Below, piece after piece: positions 30,595 to 41,680 of a stretch of DNA of 64,000 nt. Made by a program: the position numbers and the translations under genes. Source of the DNA: Clostridia bacterium (GTDB taxonomy: Bacteria > Bacillota > Clostridia > UMGS1883 > UMGS1540); NCBI GenBank assembly GCA_045533905.1, contig JAZSIR010000008.1, forward strand, positions 55,623 to 119,622, given 5' to 3'. The notes beneath the pieces were generated by a model. The model was given only the letters and a program-made list of their open reading frames with translations, was not told the origin of the DNA and ran no database searches. Numbering within the stretch: the stretch's first letter is position 1; every line of letters begins with the position of its first letter.

Positions 30595-32076
30595 TTATAT
30601 TCTAAGTAACGTTTTCACAGCCTCGCGCATCTTATCCGGTGCGCAGCTTTCCGAAAATCTTTCCTTCTTTTCGCGAAGACTCCGCAGAGCCTCCGGAACG
30701 GGCAGACCGCTTTTTGCAAAAAGGGCGGATAAAATGGCAAAGTCATCTTCCGGCACATCCTCGTCCAAAGCGCCAAGCACGCTCTTCCCGAATTTATACG
30801 GGCTTGCCGTGGAGGCAATCACCGTTTTGGCCGTATCACCCGTTTCCTTCACATACTCTTCATATACGCGGACGGCAACGGCTGTGTGTGTATCAATAAG
30901 ATACCCGTATTTTTCATACGTTTCGCGGATGGTTTCGCAGGTTTCCGCATCGTTGCAGGCCCCTGCCCAGAGGAGCTTCTGCATTTTGGAAAGCGTTTCG
31001 GCATCTACCGAGTAGCCGCCTTCCTCACGGAGTGCCTGCATCCAGGCGCTTACATTTTCCGCATCCTCGCCCGAAATATCATAGAGAAATCTTTCGAGGT
31101 TACTGGAAATGAGAATATCCATCGACGGCGAAATCGTAAGGTGGAAATTACGCTCGCGATTATAGCGGCCTGTGCGGATAAACTCTGTAAGTACATCGTT
31201 TTCATTGGAGGCGCAGATAAGTCGACCTACCGGCACGCCCATCTTCTTTGCATAATACGCCGCCAGAATATTGCCGAAGTTCCCCGTCGGAACTACTACA
31301 TTGAAGGTCTCGCCTTCGGCGAGCTCTCCTTTTTCCCGAAGGGTAACCCAGGAAGAAACATAATATACAATCTGCGGAACGAGTCTGCCCCAGTTGATGG
31401 AGTTTGCAGAAGACAAAACAATGTTGTTTTCTTTCAGAAACGCGTTATATTCGGCATCGGTAAAGATGGCTTTTACGCCGTTTTGCGCATCGTCAAAATT
31501 ACCTTGTACGGCCATAACGCCTACATTGGCGCCTTCCTGTGTGACCATCTGGAACTTCTGGATATTGCTTACGCCGTCCCGCGGGAAGAATACCAAAACG
31601 CGCGTGCCTTCCACATCGCGGAAACCTTCGAGTGCCGCTTTGCCGGTATCGCCGCTTGTAGCTACCAAAATAGCCACCTCATCGGAAATGCCGTTTTTGC
31701 GCATCGAAACTGTCAGAAGATGCGGGAGAATCTGCAGCGCCATATCCTTGAACGCGCAGGTGGGCCCGTGCCAAAGCTCTAAAATGTGTGCTGTGTCCGA
31801 AAGCTTTGTAAGAGGCGCGATTGTATCCGATTCGAACTTTTCCGCCGTGTAAGCCGCCGAAACCGAGGCCTCAACTTCTTCGGGCGTAAAATCCGAAAGA
31901 AAAGCGGATAAAATTACATTGGCCCGTTCCTTATACGAAAGTGGAATCAGCGTTTCCACCTCCGGAAGACGCGGGAACGCCTCGGGCACATACAGACCGC
32001 CATCGGGGGCCAGTCCCTTCACAATTGCCGCCGAAGCGGAGACTGCCGCCGCACCGCGGGTACTTTTGTACATCAT
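30595..32076 (-). CDS. thrC: Threonine synthase
   Basis: GLAPDGGL, HGPTCAFKD, ATSGDTG, NSINWGR, PTGNFG. Confidence 0.96.
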   Translation of the reverse strand: MMYKSTRGAAAVSASAAIVKGLAPDGGLYVPEAFPRLPEVETLIPLSYKERANVILSAFLSDFTPEEVEASVSAAYTAEKFESDTIAPLTKLSDTAHILELWHGPTCAFKDMALQILPHLLTVSMRKNGISDEVAILVATSGDTGKAALEGFRDVEGTRVLVFFPRDGVSNIQKFQMVTQEGANVGVMAVQGNFDDAQNGVKAIFTDAEYNAFLKENNIVLSSANSINWGRLVPQIVYYVSSWVTLREKGELAEGETFNVVVPTGNFGNILAAYYAKKMGVPVGRLICASNENDVLTEFIRTGRYNRERNFHLTISPSMDILISSNLERFLYDISGEDAENVSAWMQALREEGGYSVDAETLSKMQKLLWAGACNDAETCETIRETYEKYGYLIDTHTAVAVRVYEEYVKETGDTAKTVIASTASPYKFGKSVLGALDEDVPEDDFAILSALFAKSGLPVPEALRSLREKKERFSESCAPDKMREAVKTLLRI

Positions 32077-32106
32077 GTAAGTTACATTCCTTTCTGTGTT
32101 GAGGCC

Positions 32107-32514
32107 TTATGCAAATGCTTTAATCTTGTCACTTGCTTCCTCTGCAGACATACTGAGAGAAATTGCCATCTGCACATCAAACTTTGCAGTAAGTGCAGTT
32201 GCCTTTTCGAGGAACTTTTCAAGATCTTCCATACTGCCCTTGGCAATCTTTTTGATGCCGTCTACAAAAATATGGGACACATCATAATTCTGTGCTAAAA
32301 TGCCGCTCAGAAGGCCGTAGAACTCTTCATAGGTTTCTACTGCGAATTCAGAAGTGTCAACAAGGCGAATCTTGTGGCTCACATCAAATATATGGCGGGC
32401 ACCGTTATTGATGAATACCACATTTCCTTTTTCGCTTTCTACTGCAGCGTGTACGCTGTCGAGAAGCATTTTGGTCTTGCCCGTTCCTTTTTCACCGAGA
32501 ATTACTCTAATCAT
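32107..32514 (-). CDS. Small conserved P-loop protein
   Basis: GEKGTGKTK Walker-A-like motif, IFVDG. Confidence 0.75.
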   Translation of the reverse strand: MIRVILGEKGTGKTKMLLDSVHAAVESEKGNVVFINNGARHIFDVSHKIRLVDTSEFAVETYEEFYGLLSGILAQNYDVSHIFVDGIKKIAKGSMEDLEKFLEKATALTAKFDVQMAISLSMSAEEASDKIKAFA

Positions 32515-32572
32515 AGTATTCGCCAACCTTTCATTGTTTATTTACACAGTCCCCCGGACTGTTTTTCACTTT

Positions 32573-33919
32573 TTAGAAATTTTCAAGTCTTTTGCGAAGG
32601 GCCACGCCGGCTTCTTCATAGCCGGGTTTACCGAGCAGTGCAAACATATTCTTCTTGTAGGCTTCTACGCCCGGCTGGTCAAACGGATTTACACCGAGAA
32701 GGTAGCCGCTGATGGCACAAGCCTTTTCGAAGAAGTATACGGCCTTACCGAAGTTATATGCATCAAGACGGTCGATCTCAATTACGAGGCACGGTACGCC
32801 GCCGTCTGTATGCGCAAGAGCCGTTCCCAAAAACGCCTGCTTGTTGACATAATCCACAGTTTTGCCGATGAGGAAATCGAGGCCGTCTGCATTGCCTTCC
32901 ATCTTCGGCACCGCCTCATCACCGCGAACCGTTTCTATATGGAGCACCGTTTCAAAAAGGTTCCGGACACCGTCCTGCAGATACTGCCCCATAGAGTGCA
33001 GATCTGTAGAAAAATCAACTGCAGCCGGGAAAACACCCTTGCCGTCCTTGCCTTCACTTTCGCCGTAGAGCTGCTTCCACCATTCTGCAAAGTAGTGCAG
33101 ATTCGGTTCATAGTTTGCAAGCACCTCTGTGGTCTTGCCTTTTCTGTATAAAACATTTCTCGCAATTGCATAGGAGTAGCAATCGTTCGAAAGCGGATCC
33201 TCTTCGCTATATGTATCCATTGCCTCGCGGGCGCCTTCCATCATAGCATCAATGTCAATGCCGGCTGCGGCAATCGGCAGAAGGCCCACCGGCGTTAAAA
33301 CAGAGTAGCGACCGCCGACATCATCCGGAATTACAAAGCGCTCATAGCCTTCTTCCACGGCAACGCCGTAAAGTGCGCCGCGGCTTTTATCTGTGGTTAC
33401 AAAGATTCTTTCCTTTGCACCTTCCTTGCCATACTTCTTTTCCAGGAGCTCCTTGAAGAAGCGGAAAGCGATGGCCGGTTCCGTGGTTGTGCCCGACTTC
33501 GAAATAACGTTTACAGCGACTTCCTTCCCTTCGATGGCTTCCAGCAGCTCATGAAGGTATGCGCCGCTGAGGTTATGCCCTGCAAAGAAAATCTGCGGGG
33601 CCTGTCTCTTTTCCTTCGGAAGAAGATTGAAGAACGAATGGCCGAGCATCTCGATGGCCGCTTTGGCGCCGAGATAGGAACCGCCGATGCCGATAACAAT
33701 CAAAACATCTGCCGTTTCGCGGATTTTCTGCGCCGCTTTTTTAATGCGGGCAAATTCTTCTTTATCGTATGCAGCGGGAAGATCGAGCCAGCCTGTAAAA
33801 TCGTTCCCCTGCCCTGTTTTCGAATGTAAAAGTGTGTGTGCGGCACGCGCCATGGGTGCGAGTGCTTCCATTTCCTCTTTGCGGATAAAATCGCCAGCGT
33901 ATGCGTACGAAAAATGCAT
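32573..33919 (-). CDS. pgi: Glucose-6-phosphate isomerase
   Basis: [39 protein letters not shown]. Confidence 0.97.
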   Translation of the reverse strand: MHFSYAYAGDFIRKEEMEALAPMARAAHTLLHSKTGQGNDFTGWLDLPAAYDKEEFARIKKAAQKIRETADVLIVIGIGGSYLGAKAAIEMLGHSFFNLLPKEKRQAPQIFFAGHNLSGAYLHELLEAIEGKEVAVNVISKSGTTTEPAIAFRFFKELLEKKYGKEGAKERIFVTTDKSRGALYGVAVEEGYERFVIPDDVGGRYSVLTPVGLLPIAAAGIDIDAMMEGAREAMDTYSEEDPLSNDCYSYAIARNVLYRKGKTTEVLANYEPNLHYFAEWWKQLYGESEGKDGKGVFPAAVDFSTDLHSMGQYLQDGVRNLFETVLHIETVRGDEAVPKMEGNADGLDFLIGKTVDYVNKQAFLGTALAHTDGGVPCLVIEIDRLDAYNFGKAVYFFEKACAISGYLLGVNPFDQPGVEAYKKNMFALLGKPGYEEAGVALRKRLENF

Positions 33920-33932
33920 ATTGAATTCTCCT

Positions 33933-34406
33933 TTATACTCTATCTATGAGACACACAGCCTCTGCCGCAATGCCTTCTTCCCTTCCCGTAAAGCCCATCT
34001 TCTCAGTTGTAGTGGCTTTGATGCTGACAGCATCTATATCTGTCTCTAAAATTTCCGCAATCGTCTTTCTCATTTCGTCTATGTACGGTGCAAGCTTCGG
34101 TTTCTGCGCGATGACAGTTACATCTGCATTTATAAGCGTATAGCCATATTCCGAAAGATATTCTTTTACCACTTTCAGAAGAAGCGTGCTGCGGATATCC
34201 TTAAATTCTGCCGACGACGGCGGAAAGAGTTTTCCGATATCGCCAAGTGCCGCGGCACCGAGCATTGCATCCATCAGCGCGTGAATCAGCACATCTGCAT
34301 CCGAATGCCCGAGAAGGCCTTTTTCGTGTGGCACTTCCACGCCGCCTAGATATAGCTTTCTGCCCGTTTCAAATCGATGTGCATCAAATCCGTGCCCTAT
34401 TCGCAT
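33933..34406 (-). CDS. ispF: MECDP synthase
   Basis: [23 protein letters not shown]. Confidence 0.97.
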   Translation of the reverse strand: MRIGHGFDAHRFETGRKLYLGGVEVPHEKGLLGHSDADVLIHALMDAMLGAAALGDIGKLFPPSSAEFKDIRSTLLLKVVKEYLSEYGYTLINADVTVIAQKPKLAPYIDEMRKTIAEILETDIDAVSIKATTTEKMGFTGREEGIAAEAVCLIDRV

Positions 34407-35089
34407 CCCGCATCTCTCCTTTTTGAAAGGATTGTCTCCGCCACCTGAAGGTCAAAAGGGGTTGTGATTTTAATATTCCGGTAATCAGACTCCACCACTT
34501 TGACACGGCCACCGGCGTGTTCTACCGCAGACGCGTCATCCGTTACAGATTCCATATCCGCTTCAAGCGCCGCCTTTATAAGGTCACGCCGGAACACCTG
34601 CGGCGTTTGCGCCTGCCAGAGTGTTTCGCGCGGTGGCGTTTCCAAAATGATTTCTCCGTCCACTTTTTTAACCGTATCCACAGCGCGGACGGCCGCAATG
34701 GCTGCCCCCGTCTCACGGCTGCCGCGGATGACGGCTTCGATAATTTCGGGCGTTATACACGCGCGGGCACCGTCGTGCACGACCACAACGTCTGCATCTT
34801 CTGCTTCCAGAATGCCGTTGTATACGCTTTCAGCGCGGGTTTCGCCGCCGCGGATAATGGCACTGACCTTGCAGATCCCACCACCGGCTACGATCTCCCT
34901 ATATGAAAAGATGTCCTGTTCAGTTGCGACGAGAATCACTTCGTCAACGAGGGGACAACGTTCAAAGGCAGAGAGTGTGTGCGAAAGCACGGGCTTCCCC
35001 GCAACTTCCAAAAGCACTTTATTGATTTCGGCCCCCATCCGCCGACCTCGGCCGGCAGCAGGGATAATGGCTGTAATCTTTTCCTTCAT
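34397..35089 (-). CDS. ispD: MEP cytidylyltransferase
   Basis: [27 protein letters not shown]. Confidence 0.96.
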   Translation of the reverse strand: MKEKITAIIPAAGRGRRMGAEINKVLLEVAGKPVLSHTLSAFERCPLVDEVILVATEQDIFSYREIVAGGGICKVSAIIRGGETRAESVYNGILEAEDADVVVVHDGARACITPEIIEAVIRGSRETGAAIAAVRAVDTVKKVDGEIILETPPRETLWQAQTPQVFRRDLIKAALEADMESVTDDASAVEHAGGRVKVVESDYRNIKITTPFDLQVAETILSKRRDAGCE

Positions 35090-35138
35090 ATGCAAAGAGG
35101 CCGTGTGCAAAAAGCGCGGGCCCTGCCTTTCTGTTATT

Positions 35139-35621
35139 TTATTCTACGGAGAGCGCTTCTTCAAAAAGACGCTCGATTTCTTCGTGTGTACTATTTTTTG
35201 CAAGGACAAGTTCGCTAATAAGGATCTGCTTGGCGTTTGTCAGCATTTTCTTTTCGCCCGTGGAAAGCCCTTTTGTTTTATCGCGACACATCAGCATCTT
35301 TACAACGCCCGCCACTTCGTATACATTGCCGCTTTTGATTTTCAGCATATTTTCTCTGTAGCGTTTGTTCCAGCTGTTTTCGCATTCCGTTTCGAGCGCG
35401 CCGAATTCACCAATGACCTTGTCAGCCTCTTTACAGTCGATTACGTCACGGATACCGATTCGTTCGGCGTTGAGCATAGGAATCATAACCTTCATATCCC
35501 CAAGCGGCATCTTCATGACATAATATTTATTGACTTCGCCATGGAACTCCTGTTCCTCAATGGACTCGATAATCCCTGCACCGTACATAGGGTAAACCAC
35601 CTTGTCGCCGATGCTGTACAT
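35139..35621 (-). CDS. carD: CarD-family transcriptional regulator
   Basis: GDKVVYPMYGAG, WNKRYREN; carD-ispD-ispF order. Confidence 0.93.
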   Translation of the reverse strand: MYSIGDKVVYPMYGAGIIESIEEQEFHGEVNKYYVMKMPLGDMKVMIPMLNAERIGIRDVIDCKEADKVIGEFGALETECENSWNKRYRENMLKIKSGNVYEVAGVVKMLMCRDKTKGLSTGEKKMLTNAKQILISELVLAKNSTHEEIERLFEEALSVE

Positions 35622-35666
35622 ATCTAATTACGCCTCCCGCCTTGTCAAACGACTTCGTATGGTATT

Positions 35667-35695
35667 ATTATACTACATTATGAGTATTTTGTCAA
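35667..35695 (-). promoter_or_regulatory. Consensus sigma-A promoter for carD
   Basis: TTGACA-N17-TATAAT. Confidence 0.85.
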
Positions 35696-35721
35696 ATATC
35701 AATTTCACTTTTTTCTGCATT

Positions 35722-36402
35722 TTAATGCCCCAAATTCGGTATCTGCCAGTCAATTGGACTTTGTACGGTTTCCACTAAAAATGCATTGGTTTTCCGAAAG
35801 TGATCGCAGCCGAAAAAGCCGTTATATGCAGACAGTGGGCTTGGATGCGGCGCCTCGAGACAAAGATGCTTTTTGCGGTCTACGCGTTCCGCCTTTTTGC
35901 GGGCGTTTGCACCCCAGAGAAGAAACACCATCGGCTTTTCGCGCGCAGAAAGAGCATCAATCACAGCGTCTGTGAAAATTTCCCAACCGCGATCCTTATG
36001 GGAGTTCGGTTCGCCCTCGCGAACGGACATTACTGCATTCAGAAGCAGCACACCTTCCTCCGCCCAGGGCATAAGATAGCCGTTATCCGGAATGAAGCCA
36101 CCAGTTTCGCTCACAATTTCTTTATAAATATTTACAAGAGACGGCGGTGCCGGCACCCCAGGGCGCACGGAGAAGCACATACCATGTGCCTGCCCCGGAC
36201 CGTGGTACGGGTCCTGCCCGATAATTACAACCTTCACCTTTTCATACGGGGTTGCACGAAGCGCGGAGAAAAGGTCATACATATCGGGATACACCGTCTT
36301 CGTTTCATATTCTTCTTTCAGAAAAGCACGAAGGGCGGCATAGTACGGCTTCTGAAACTCGCCGCCGATAATCCTGTCCCAATCGTTCCCGATTTTAGGC
36401 AT
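35722..36402 (-). CDS. ung: Uracil-DNA glycosylase
   Basis: GQDPYH, PPSL, GVLLLN, HPSPLS. Confidence 0.97.
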   Translation of the reverse strand: MPKIGNDWDRIIGGEFQKPYYAALRAFLKEEYETKTVYPDMYDLFSALRATPYEKVKVVIIGQDPYHGPGQAHGMCFSVRPGVPAPPSLVNIYKEIVSETGGFIPDNGYLMPWAEEGVLLLNAVMSVREGEPNSHKDRGWEIFTDAVIDALSAREKPMVFLLWGANARKKAERVDRKKHLCLEAPHPSPLSAYNGFFGCDHFRKTNAFLVETVQSPIDWQIPNLGH

Positions 36403-36414
36403 AGCTCCCCCTCC

Positions 36415-37068
36415 TTACAGATACTGCAATATTTCCGTAGGCGTTTCCACAACGGCATCCGCGCCGCCCGAGATAAGCTCCTCACGGTCGCGAAAGCCCC
36501 AAAGCACACCGATGGTGAAAAAACCTGCACGCTTGCCGGTTTCCATATCCACCGCCGTATCACCGGCGTAGAGACATTCTTCGGGTGCGCATCCCATCTT
36601 CGCGGCAATGTCAAGCGCCGCCGTAGGATCCGGCTTGATCGGCACGCCTTCCATGGCGCCGCGCATTTCCACAAAGGTTTCGGCGCCGAAAAAGCTTTTC
36701 AAAATCGGCACGGTTGCTTCGTGCGGCTTATTGGAAAGCACGGAGATTTTCACGCCTTTTTCCGAAAGGCCTTTCAAAAGTTCCGTAATACCGGGGTATA
36801 TTTCTGTTTTGTAAAGTGTGTCACGATTGTAGGCCTCTATGTATGCAGGATACAGCTTCTCAAAATTCTCTTCCGTATCCGCGCCACGGCCGGCAAGCAT
36901 CCGGTGCACAAGGTTTTTGGCGCCATTTCCCACCATATAGCGGTATGCATCCTTTTCGTACGGCGCAAAACCGAAGTCCACAAGTGTTTTATTACAGTAA
37001 TAGGCAAGCGTTTCGAGCGTGTCGAGGAGCGTGCCGTCCAGATCAAAAACGATTCCTTTGTATGCCAT
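36415..37068 (-). CDS. HAD-family phosphatase (phosphoglycolate phosphatase-like)
   Basis: FDLDGTLLD, SNK, KPDP, GDT..D. Confidence 0.9.
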   Translation of the reverse strand: MAYKGIVFDLDGTLLDTLETLAYYCNKTLVDFGFAPYEKDAYRYMVGNGAKNLVHRMLAGRGADTEENFEKLYPAYIEAYNRDTLYKTEIYPGITELLKGLSEKGVKISVLSNKPHEATVPILKSFFGAETFVEMRGAMEGVPIKPDPTAALDIAAKMGCAPEECLYAGDTAVDMETGKRAGFFTIGVLWGFRDREELISGGADAVVETPTEILQYL

Positions 37069-37070
37069 TT

Positions 37071-37787
37071 TTATCCCTCAAATTCGTACAAGATATTGCC
37101 GCAGGTAACAGGGCCTGCCGTTTCGGTTCGTAAAATACGGCTTCCGAGTGTAACAACCAAAAGCCCATTTTCCTCCGCATATGCCTTTTCTTCATCCGCA
37201 AAGCCACCTTCAGGGCCAATGAGGATGGAAACGGTTTTTGCCGTTTTGCCGCGAAGGGCATTTTTCAGGCTATTTTCTTTTTCGCACTCATACGGAAAAA
37301 GCGCAATTTCAGCTTCTTTTGCCGCATCCACCGCTTCCCGGAAGGAAACGGCATCCAAAACCTCGGGCACAATACCGCGTCCCGATTGCTTTGCCGCCTC
37401 AAGCGCGATGCGCATAAGACGCTCGCGTTTCACATCGCCACCGCGCACAACGCGCTCCGTGTGCATAGGCACAATGCAGGAAACACCAATTTCCACGCAT
37501 TTTTGCACAATATAATCGAGTTTTGCGCCTTTCGGCACGCCCTGATAAAGCGTAATATGTACAGGCGGTTCCGCGGCATTCTCCCGCTTTCCTGTAATTT
37601 CTGCCACGACCGTCTTCTTATCGGCAGAAGAAAGCCTGCAAAAATAATCGGTGCACTGCCCGTCGCACACGGTGAAGGTATCCCCTTCCCGCATACGAAG
37701 CACCTTGGTGATATGGGTCACATCTTCACCCGTTATGGTAATCTGATTTCCGTTTATTGCCTCTTTCGGCACAAAAAATCTTGCCAT
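37071..37787 (-). CDS. rsmE: 16S rRNA m3U1498 methyltransferase
   Basis: HITKVLR, EAAKQSGR, IGPEGGF, RILRTETA. Confidence 0.96.
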   Translation of the reverse strand: MARFFVPKEAINGNQITITGEDVTHITKVLRMREGDTFTVCDGQCTDYFCRLSSADKKTVVAEITGKRENAAEPPVHITLYQGVPKGAKLDYIVQKCVEIGVSCIVPMHTERVVRGGDVKRERLMRIALEAAKQSGRGIVPEVLDAVSFREAVDAAKEAEIALFPYECEKENSLKNALRGKTAKTVSILIGPEGGFADEEKAYAEENGLLVVTLGSRILRTETAGPVTCGNILYEFEG

Positions 37788-37789
37788 TT

Positions 37790-38743
37790 TTATCCCCTCT
37801 TTGCAAGGATGGCCCACCATTCGCCGTCCTGTTTCTTTTCAAGTACGGCAAAGCCGTTTTCGGAAAGCGCACGAAGGACATCCTCAACCCTGTCGTGAAT
37901 AATGCCGGAGCAGAGGAATACACCGTCCTCTTTCAGATACTGCGGTACGCGTGCGGAAAGCGGAATGATAACGTCGGCCACAATGTTTGCAACCACCACG
38001 TCAAACTTCTCATCCGTCACCTCTTCTTCGAGGACATTGGCACATTTCACGGTATATGTATCTTCCGAAATACCGGAAAGCGCCGCGTTTTCATAGGCAA
38101 CGCGCGGCGCGGCGGCGTCAATATCCACCGCAAGGGCGTGCTCTGCCCCGAGTAGAAGCGAAAGTATAGAAAGAATACCGCTGCCACAGCCTACGTCAAA
38201 CACGCGCATACCGGGACCTATGCACTTTTCAAGAAGCTCGAGACATAGGCGTGTGGTGTTATGGCTGCCTGTTCCAAAAAGCATACCAGGATTGATGCGA
38301 AGCACCACTCCGTCCGCTTCATAGTCCATCCACGCAGGCACGACGGTGATATTCTCGCCCACCGCAAACGGTTTATAATACTGCTTCCAGCGCTCAAACC
38401 AGTCATTTTCATCAATACTGTCAAGCGTGACTGCGAGCGTGCCGAGTGAATCGTCCTCCCCCTTTATACGCGCAAGATTTTCGCGCAGGAGAAGAAGCGT
38501 TTCGCGGCCGTTTTCATCGTCACGAAGGTACACGCTCACGCGTGTGGGGCCATGTTTTTGTGCTCTTAAGGCATCATCCACATAGTCCCAATAGCGCTTG
38601 TTATTTTCAAGAAAATTCTCAAAGTCAGCCTCGTCCTCAATTTCGGCACCTTCAATGCCCATCGAAAGGAGCATACCGTAAAGCGGCTCGATGCCCTCGC
38701 TTGTGGTTTCTATGCTGACTTTTATCCATTCTGTGTTTAGCAT
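37790..38743 (-). CDS. prmA: Ribosomal protein L11 methyltransferase
   Basis: WKQYYKP, PGMLFGTGSH, DVGCGSGIL, ANIVAD. Confidence 0.95.
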   Translation of the reverse strand: MLNTEWIKVSIETTSEGIEPLYGMLLSMGIEGAEIEDEADFENFLENNKRYWDYVDDALRAQKHGPTRVSVYLRDDENGRETLLLLRENLARIKGEDDSLGTLAVTLDSIDENDWFERWKQYYKPFAVGENITVVPAWMDYEADGVVLRINPGMLFGTGSHNTTRLCLELLEKCIGPGMRVFDVGCGSGILSILSLLLGAEHALAVDIDAAAPRVAYENAALSGISEDTYTVKCANVLEEEVTDEKFDVVVANIVADVIIPLSARVPQYLKEDGVFLCSGIIHDRVEDVLRALSENGFAVLEKKQDGEWWAILAKRG

Positions 38744-39054
38744 AAGCCGTCCAACTTTCCGCGAAGCGAGTCTTCCGGCACAGCACCAATCACTCTTTCC
38801 ACTTCTTCGCCGTTTTTATAGAAAATCATTGTGGGGATGCTCATAATGCCGAGCCCTGCGGCGAGTGCGCCGTCTGTATCCGCATCCACTTTATAAACAT
38901 ACGCCTTTCCTTCATACTCCGCGGCGAGCTTTTCCACGATGGGAAGCATCATTTTGCACGGGCCGCACCAATCTGCATAAAAATCCACAAGCACCGGTTT
39001 ATCGGCGTTTTTTACCTTTGCATCATATTCTTCTGTTTTAATAATTGCTGCCAT
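38737..39054 (-). CDS. trxA: Thioredoxin
   Basis: WCGPC, SIPT; TTGACA-N17-TATACT promoter at 39081-39109. Confidence 0.96.
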   Translation of the reverse strand: MAAIIKTEEYDAKVKNADKPVLVDFYADWCGPCKMMLPIVEKLAAEYEGKAYVYKVDADTDGALAAGLGIMSIPTMIFYKNGEEVERVIGAVPEDSLRGKLDGLC

Positions 39055-39112
39055 AAAAATCATCCTTTCTGTTTGTTTTCAGTATACACTTTTTTGCCTT
39101 TTTTGTCAACAC

Positions 39113-40216
39113 TTACTGAAGGGCGAGGCTGTTATTGAGCAGCGTTGTGCTATATATGAAAAGCACGTCCGCATTTTCAAACTCCACAAAGCTTCCAACA
39201 AAGTTACTCTGGATATAACGGATATCCACAAGTGTAATTTTGGCATATCCTGCCGAAAGAAGCGGTGCGAGGCTTGAAGCAAAGGAATCACGAAACATCA
39301 CGAGCTCTTTTTCGGTTCCGGCTGCAGGATTTTCAATCGTTACAATCGGTGCAGCACCGGAAAGAAACATCTCATACGGATCTTTCCCGAAGGCCTTCTC
39401 CATATTATAAAGCGCACCTTCCACGGGGGCGCCCGTGTCATAATACGTGACCTTCACATTTTCAAGCGCTTCGTTTGTCAGATACAAAATCGTATCCGGT
39501 GAGACCGGAAGCGCTATCTGCCCTACATATACGCCGCGGAAGGGGTTTTCAAGCGTTTTGATCGTATACCCTGCCGCACAAGGCGTATCCATAGCCTCCC
39601 CGATATATTCCGCGATATCCACAATTTTTTCCTGCCGCCAATGTGTATCGGTTGTATAGTAGTCAGAAAGCTCCAAAAAGGGTGTTACGTCGATATACGT
39701 CATCTCCGAAACTTTCTCCTGCATTCTTTCAGCAAACCCCTGGTAGTCAAGCGCCGGATAGCCGTTTTTCCCTGCTAGAAACATATTCTTGTCGGGCACG
39801 ATGGCAAAGTATTGCTTACAGTTTTTGCCTTCAAGATAAGTCTTCCGGATAAATGCAAACCGCTCGGCAGCATGCGCCATCATCGCATCGTTTTCAGGGT
39901 CATCGATTTTGGAAATGTGCCCTTCAGCTGCAAAGAGGCCATTATTATCGAGCTTTCGGAACACCTCGGTTGCGAAGAGCGCCTTCCCCGTGCGAAAGGC
40001 ATCGCGGAAGGGAAACTGCTCCGTCGCATAGGTTTCAAAGTCTTTAGTGAAAGACCCGTCCAAAACCGATGCAAGGCTTACCGCGGGCATCTGCGCCAGC
40101 GGACGCCGCTCCGCTTCCGAAAATGCCTCTTTCGGCCCGAAGGCACAGAAGAGGAATCCTATCAAAAGAAGCGCAGCGAAGGTAACGGTAATTACAATAT
40201 TTTTTATTTTCTCCAT
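39113..40216 (-). CDS. DHHW-family (AlgJ/AlgX-like SGNH) membrane-anchored protein
   Basis: N-terminal TM, YTTDTHW and FRDSFA motifs; follows an MBOAT gene. Confidence 0.85.
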   Translation of the reverse strand: MEKIKNIVITVTFAALLLIGFLFCAFGPKEAFSEAERRPLAQMPAVSLASVLDGSFTKDFETYATEQFPFRDAFRTGKALFATEVFRKLDNNGLFAAEGHISKIDDPENDAMMAHAAERFAFIRKTYLEGKNCKQYFAIVPDKNMFLAGKNGYPALDYQGFAERMQEKVSEMTYIDVTPFLELSDYYTTDTHWRQEKIVDIAEYIGEAMDTPCAAGYTIKTLENPFRGVYVGQIALPVSPDTILYLTNEALENVKVTYYDTGAPVEGALYNMEKAFGKDPYEMFLSGAAPIVTIENPAAGTEKELVMFRDSFASSLAPLLSAGYAKITLVDIRYIQSNFVGSFVEFENADVLFIYSTTLLNNSLALQ

Positions 40217-40228
40217 TTTTGCGCCTCC

Positions 40229-41629
40229 TTAAAACCTAAAATACAAAAACGGGTTGAATGCGCCGTCGACAAGATAGGCAGTGCACGCCAGAAAGAGGAA
40301 AATGAGAAGCGGCAATTCAAGTGCCATTATAGCCGTCCGCGTCTTTCTGTTTTGCAAAAGGAGCTCGGCCGCGCATTTCCCGAGTGGCGTTGCCGCCACG
40401 GCCGCGATAGCGAGAACCACGCCGTAATTCCGGAAGGCATACACAAAGCTTCCGGAGGAAAGCGGAATGTCACCGGCACCGAAAAGTCCGCCGACAAGGC
40501 TCCCCACCTCACCCATACCGTCGGCGCTGAAAATGACGAAGCTGATGGCTACGAAGAAGAGAACGTACAGATGCTTCAGCACTTTCGTCTTTGCAATGTA
40601 TTTGCCAAAGAGAAACTTCTCCGCCATCAGGAATACGGCAAAATACAAGCCCCACACGATAAAGTTCCACGCGGCGCCGTGCCAGAAGCCCGTCAGAAAC
40701 CACACGGTGAGAATATTCAGAACGAGGCGCACCGGTTTCACGCGATTGCCGCCCATCGGGATATAGACATAGTCGCGAAACCACGAGCCAAGCGAAATGT
40801 GCCATCTGCGCCAGAATTCGCTGATGGAGGCGGATATGAAGGGATGGCGGAAGTTTTCAATGAAATCAAACCCGAGCACCTTGCCGAGACCTATCGCCAT
40901 ATCGCTATACCCCGAGAAATCAAAATAGACCTGCAGCATATACACTGCAGCAAAAAGCCAGTAAAAGAGAACGGAGGTATCGGTTGCGGTGTGGAAGGCG
41001 TTTACAAGCTCGCCCAGCGTGTTTGCAAGGAGAATTTTCTTTGAAAGGCCAAGCACAAACCGCCTTGCTCCTTCGGCCGCCTTTTCCATACTGTGTGTGC
41101 GGCTTTTAAGCTGCTTTTCCACATCGCTGTAGCGGACAATTGGCCCTGCGATAAGCTGCGGAAAAAGGGCAATATAGGTGCCGAGTGTGATGATATTCCT
41201 CTGCGCCGCCACATCGCCCCGGTACACATCAATATTATAGCTTAAAATCTGGAACGTATAGAAGCTGATGCCGATGGGAAGGGCAATATGCAAAAGCGGC
41301 ACACTTATACCCGTTATGGCGCTGAAATTCCCGATAAAAAAGTCGGCATACTTAAAATACCCGAGAACGCCAAGAGAAGAAATGATGGCCAGCAGCAAAA
41401 AGAAGCGGCCCCCCTTCTTCCCTCTGTACTTCTCAATGCCGAGGCCAAGAAAATACTGCAGAAGCACCGTGCCGATCATCAGAAAGACATACATCGGCTC
41501 GCCCCATGCATAGAAAAACAGGCTCGACAAAAGCAGCACTGTGTTTTTAAGCCGTTGCGGCGCCAAAAAATACAAAAGCAGTACAATCGGCAGGAAGTAA
41601 TATAGAAACGGAATTCCTGAAAAAAGCAT
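40229..41629 (-). CDS. MBOAT O-acyltransferase (AlgI/DltB-like)
   Basis: LPIGISFYTFQ, FPQLIAGPI, DFSGYSDMAIG, FWRRWHISL, GFWHGA. Confidence 0.95.
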   Translation of the reverse strand: MLFSGIPFLYYFLPIVLLLYFLAPQRLKNTVLLLSSLFFYAWGEPMYVFLMIGTVLLQYFLGLGIEKYRGKKGGRFFLLLAIISSLGVLGYFKYADFFIGNFSAITGISVPLLHIALPIGISFYTFQILSYNIDVYRGDVAAQRNIITLGTYIALFPQLIAGPIVRYSDVEKQLKSRTHSMEKAAEGARRFVLGLSKKILLANTLGELVNAFHTATDTSVLFYWLFAAVYMLQVYFDFSGYSDMAIGLGKVLGFDFIENFRHPFISASISEFWRRWHISLGSWFRDYVYIPMGGNRVKPVRLVLNILTVWFLTGFWHGAAWNFIVWGLYFAVFLMAEKFLFGKYIAKTKVLKHLYVLFFVAISFVIFSADGMGEVGSLVGGLFGAGDIPLSSGSFVYAFRNYGVVLAIAAVAATPLGKCAAELLLQNRKTRTAIMALELPLLIFLFLACTAYLVDGAFNPFLYFRF

Positions 41630-41680
41630 CTCGTATCTCCTTATACAAAAAGGCGGGCACAGGGCCCGCCTCATTCAGTT

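Noticed and set aside
35800-37515. 571-aa plus-strand ORF
   Set aside because: Antisense shadow of ung, the HAD gene and rsmE; no motifs and no RBS.
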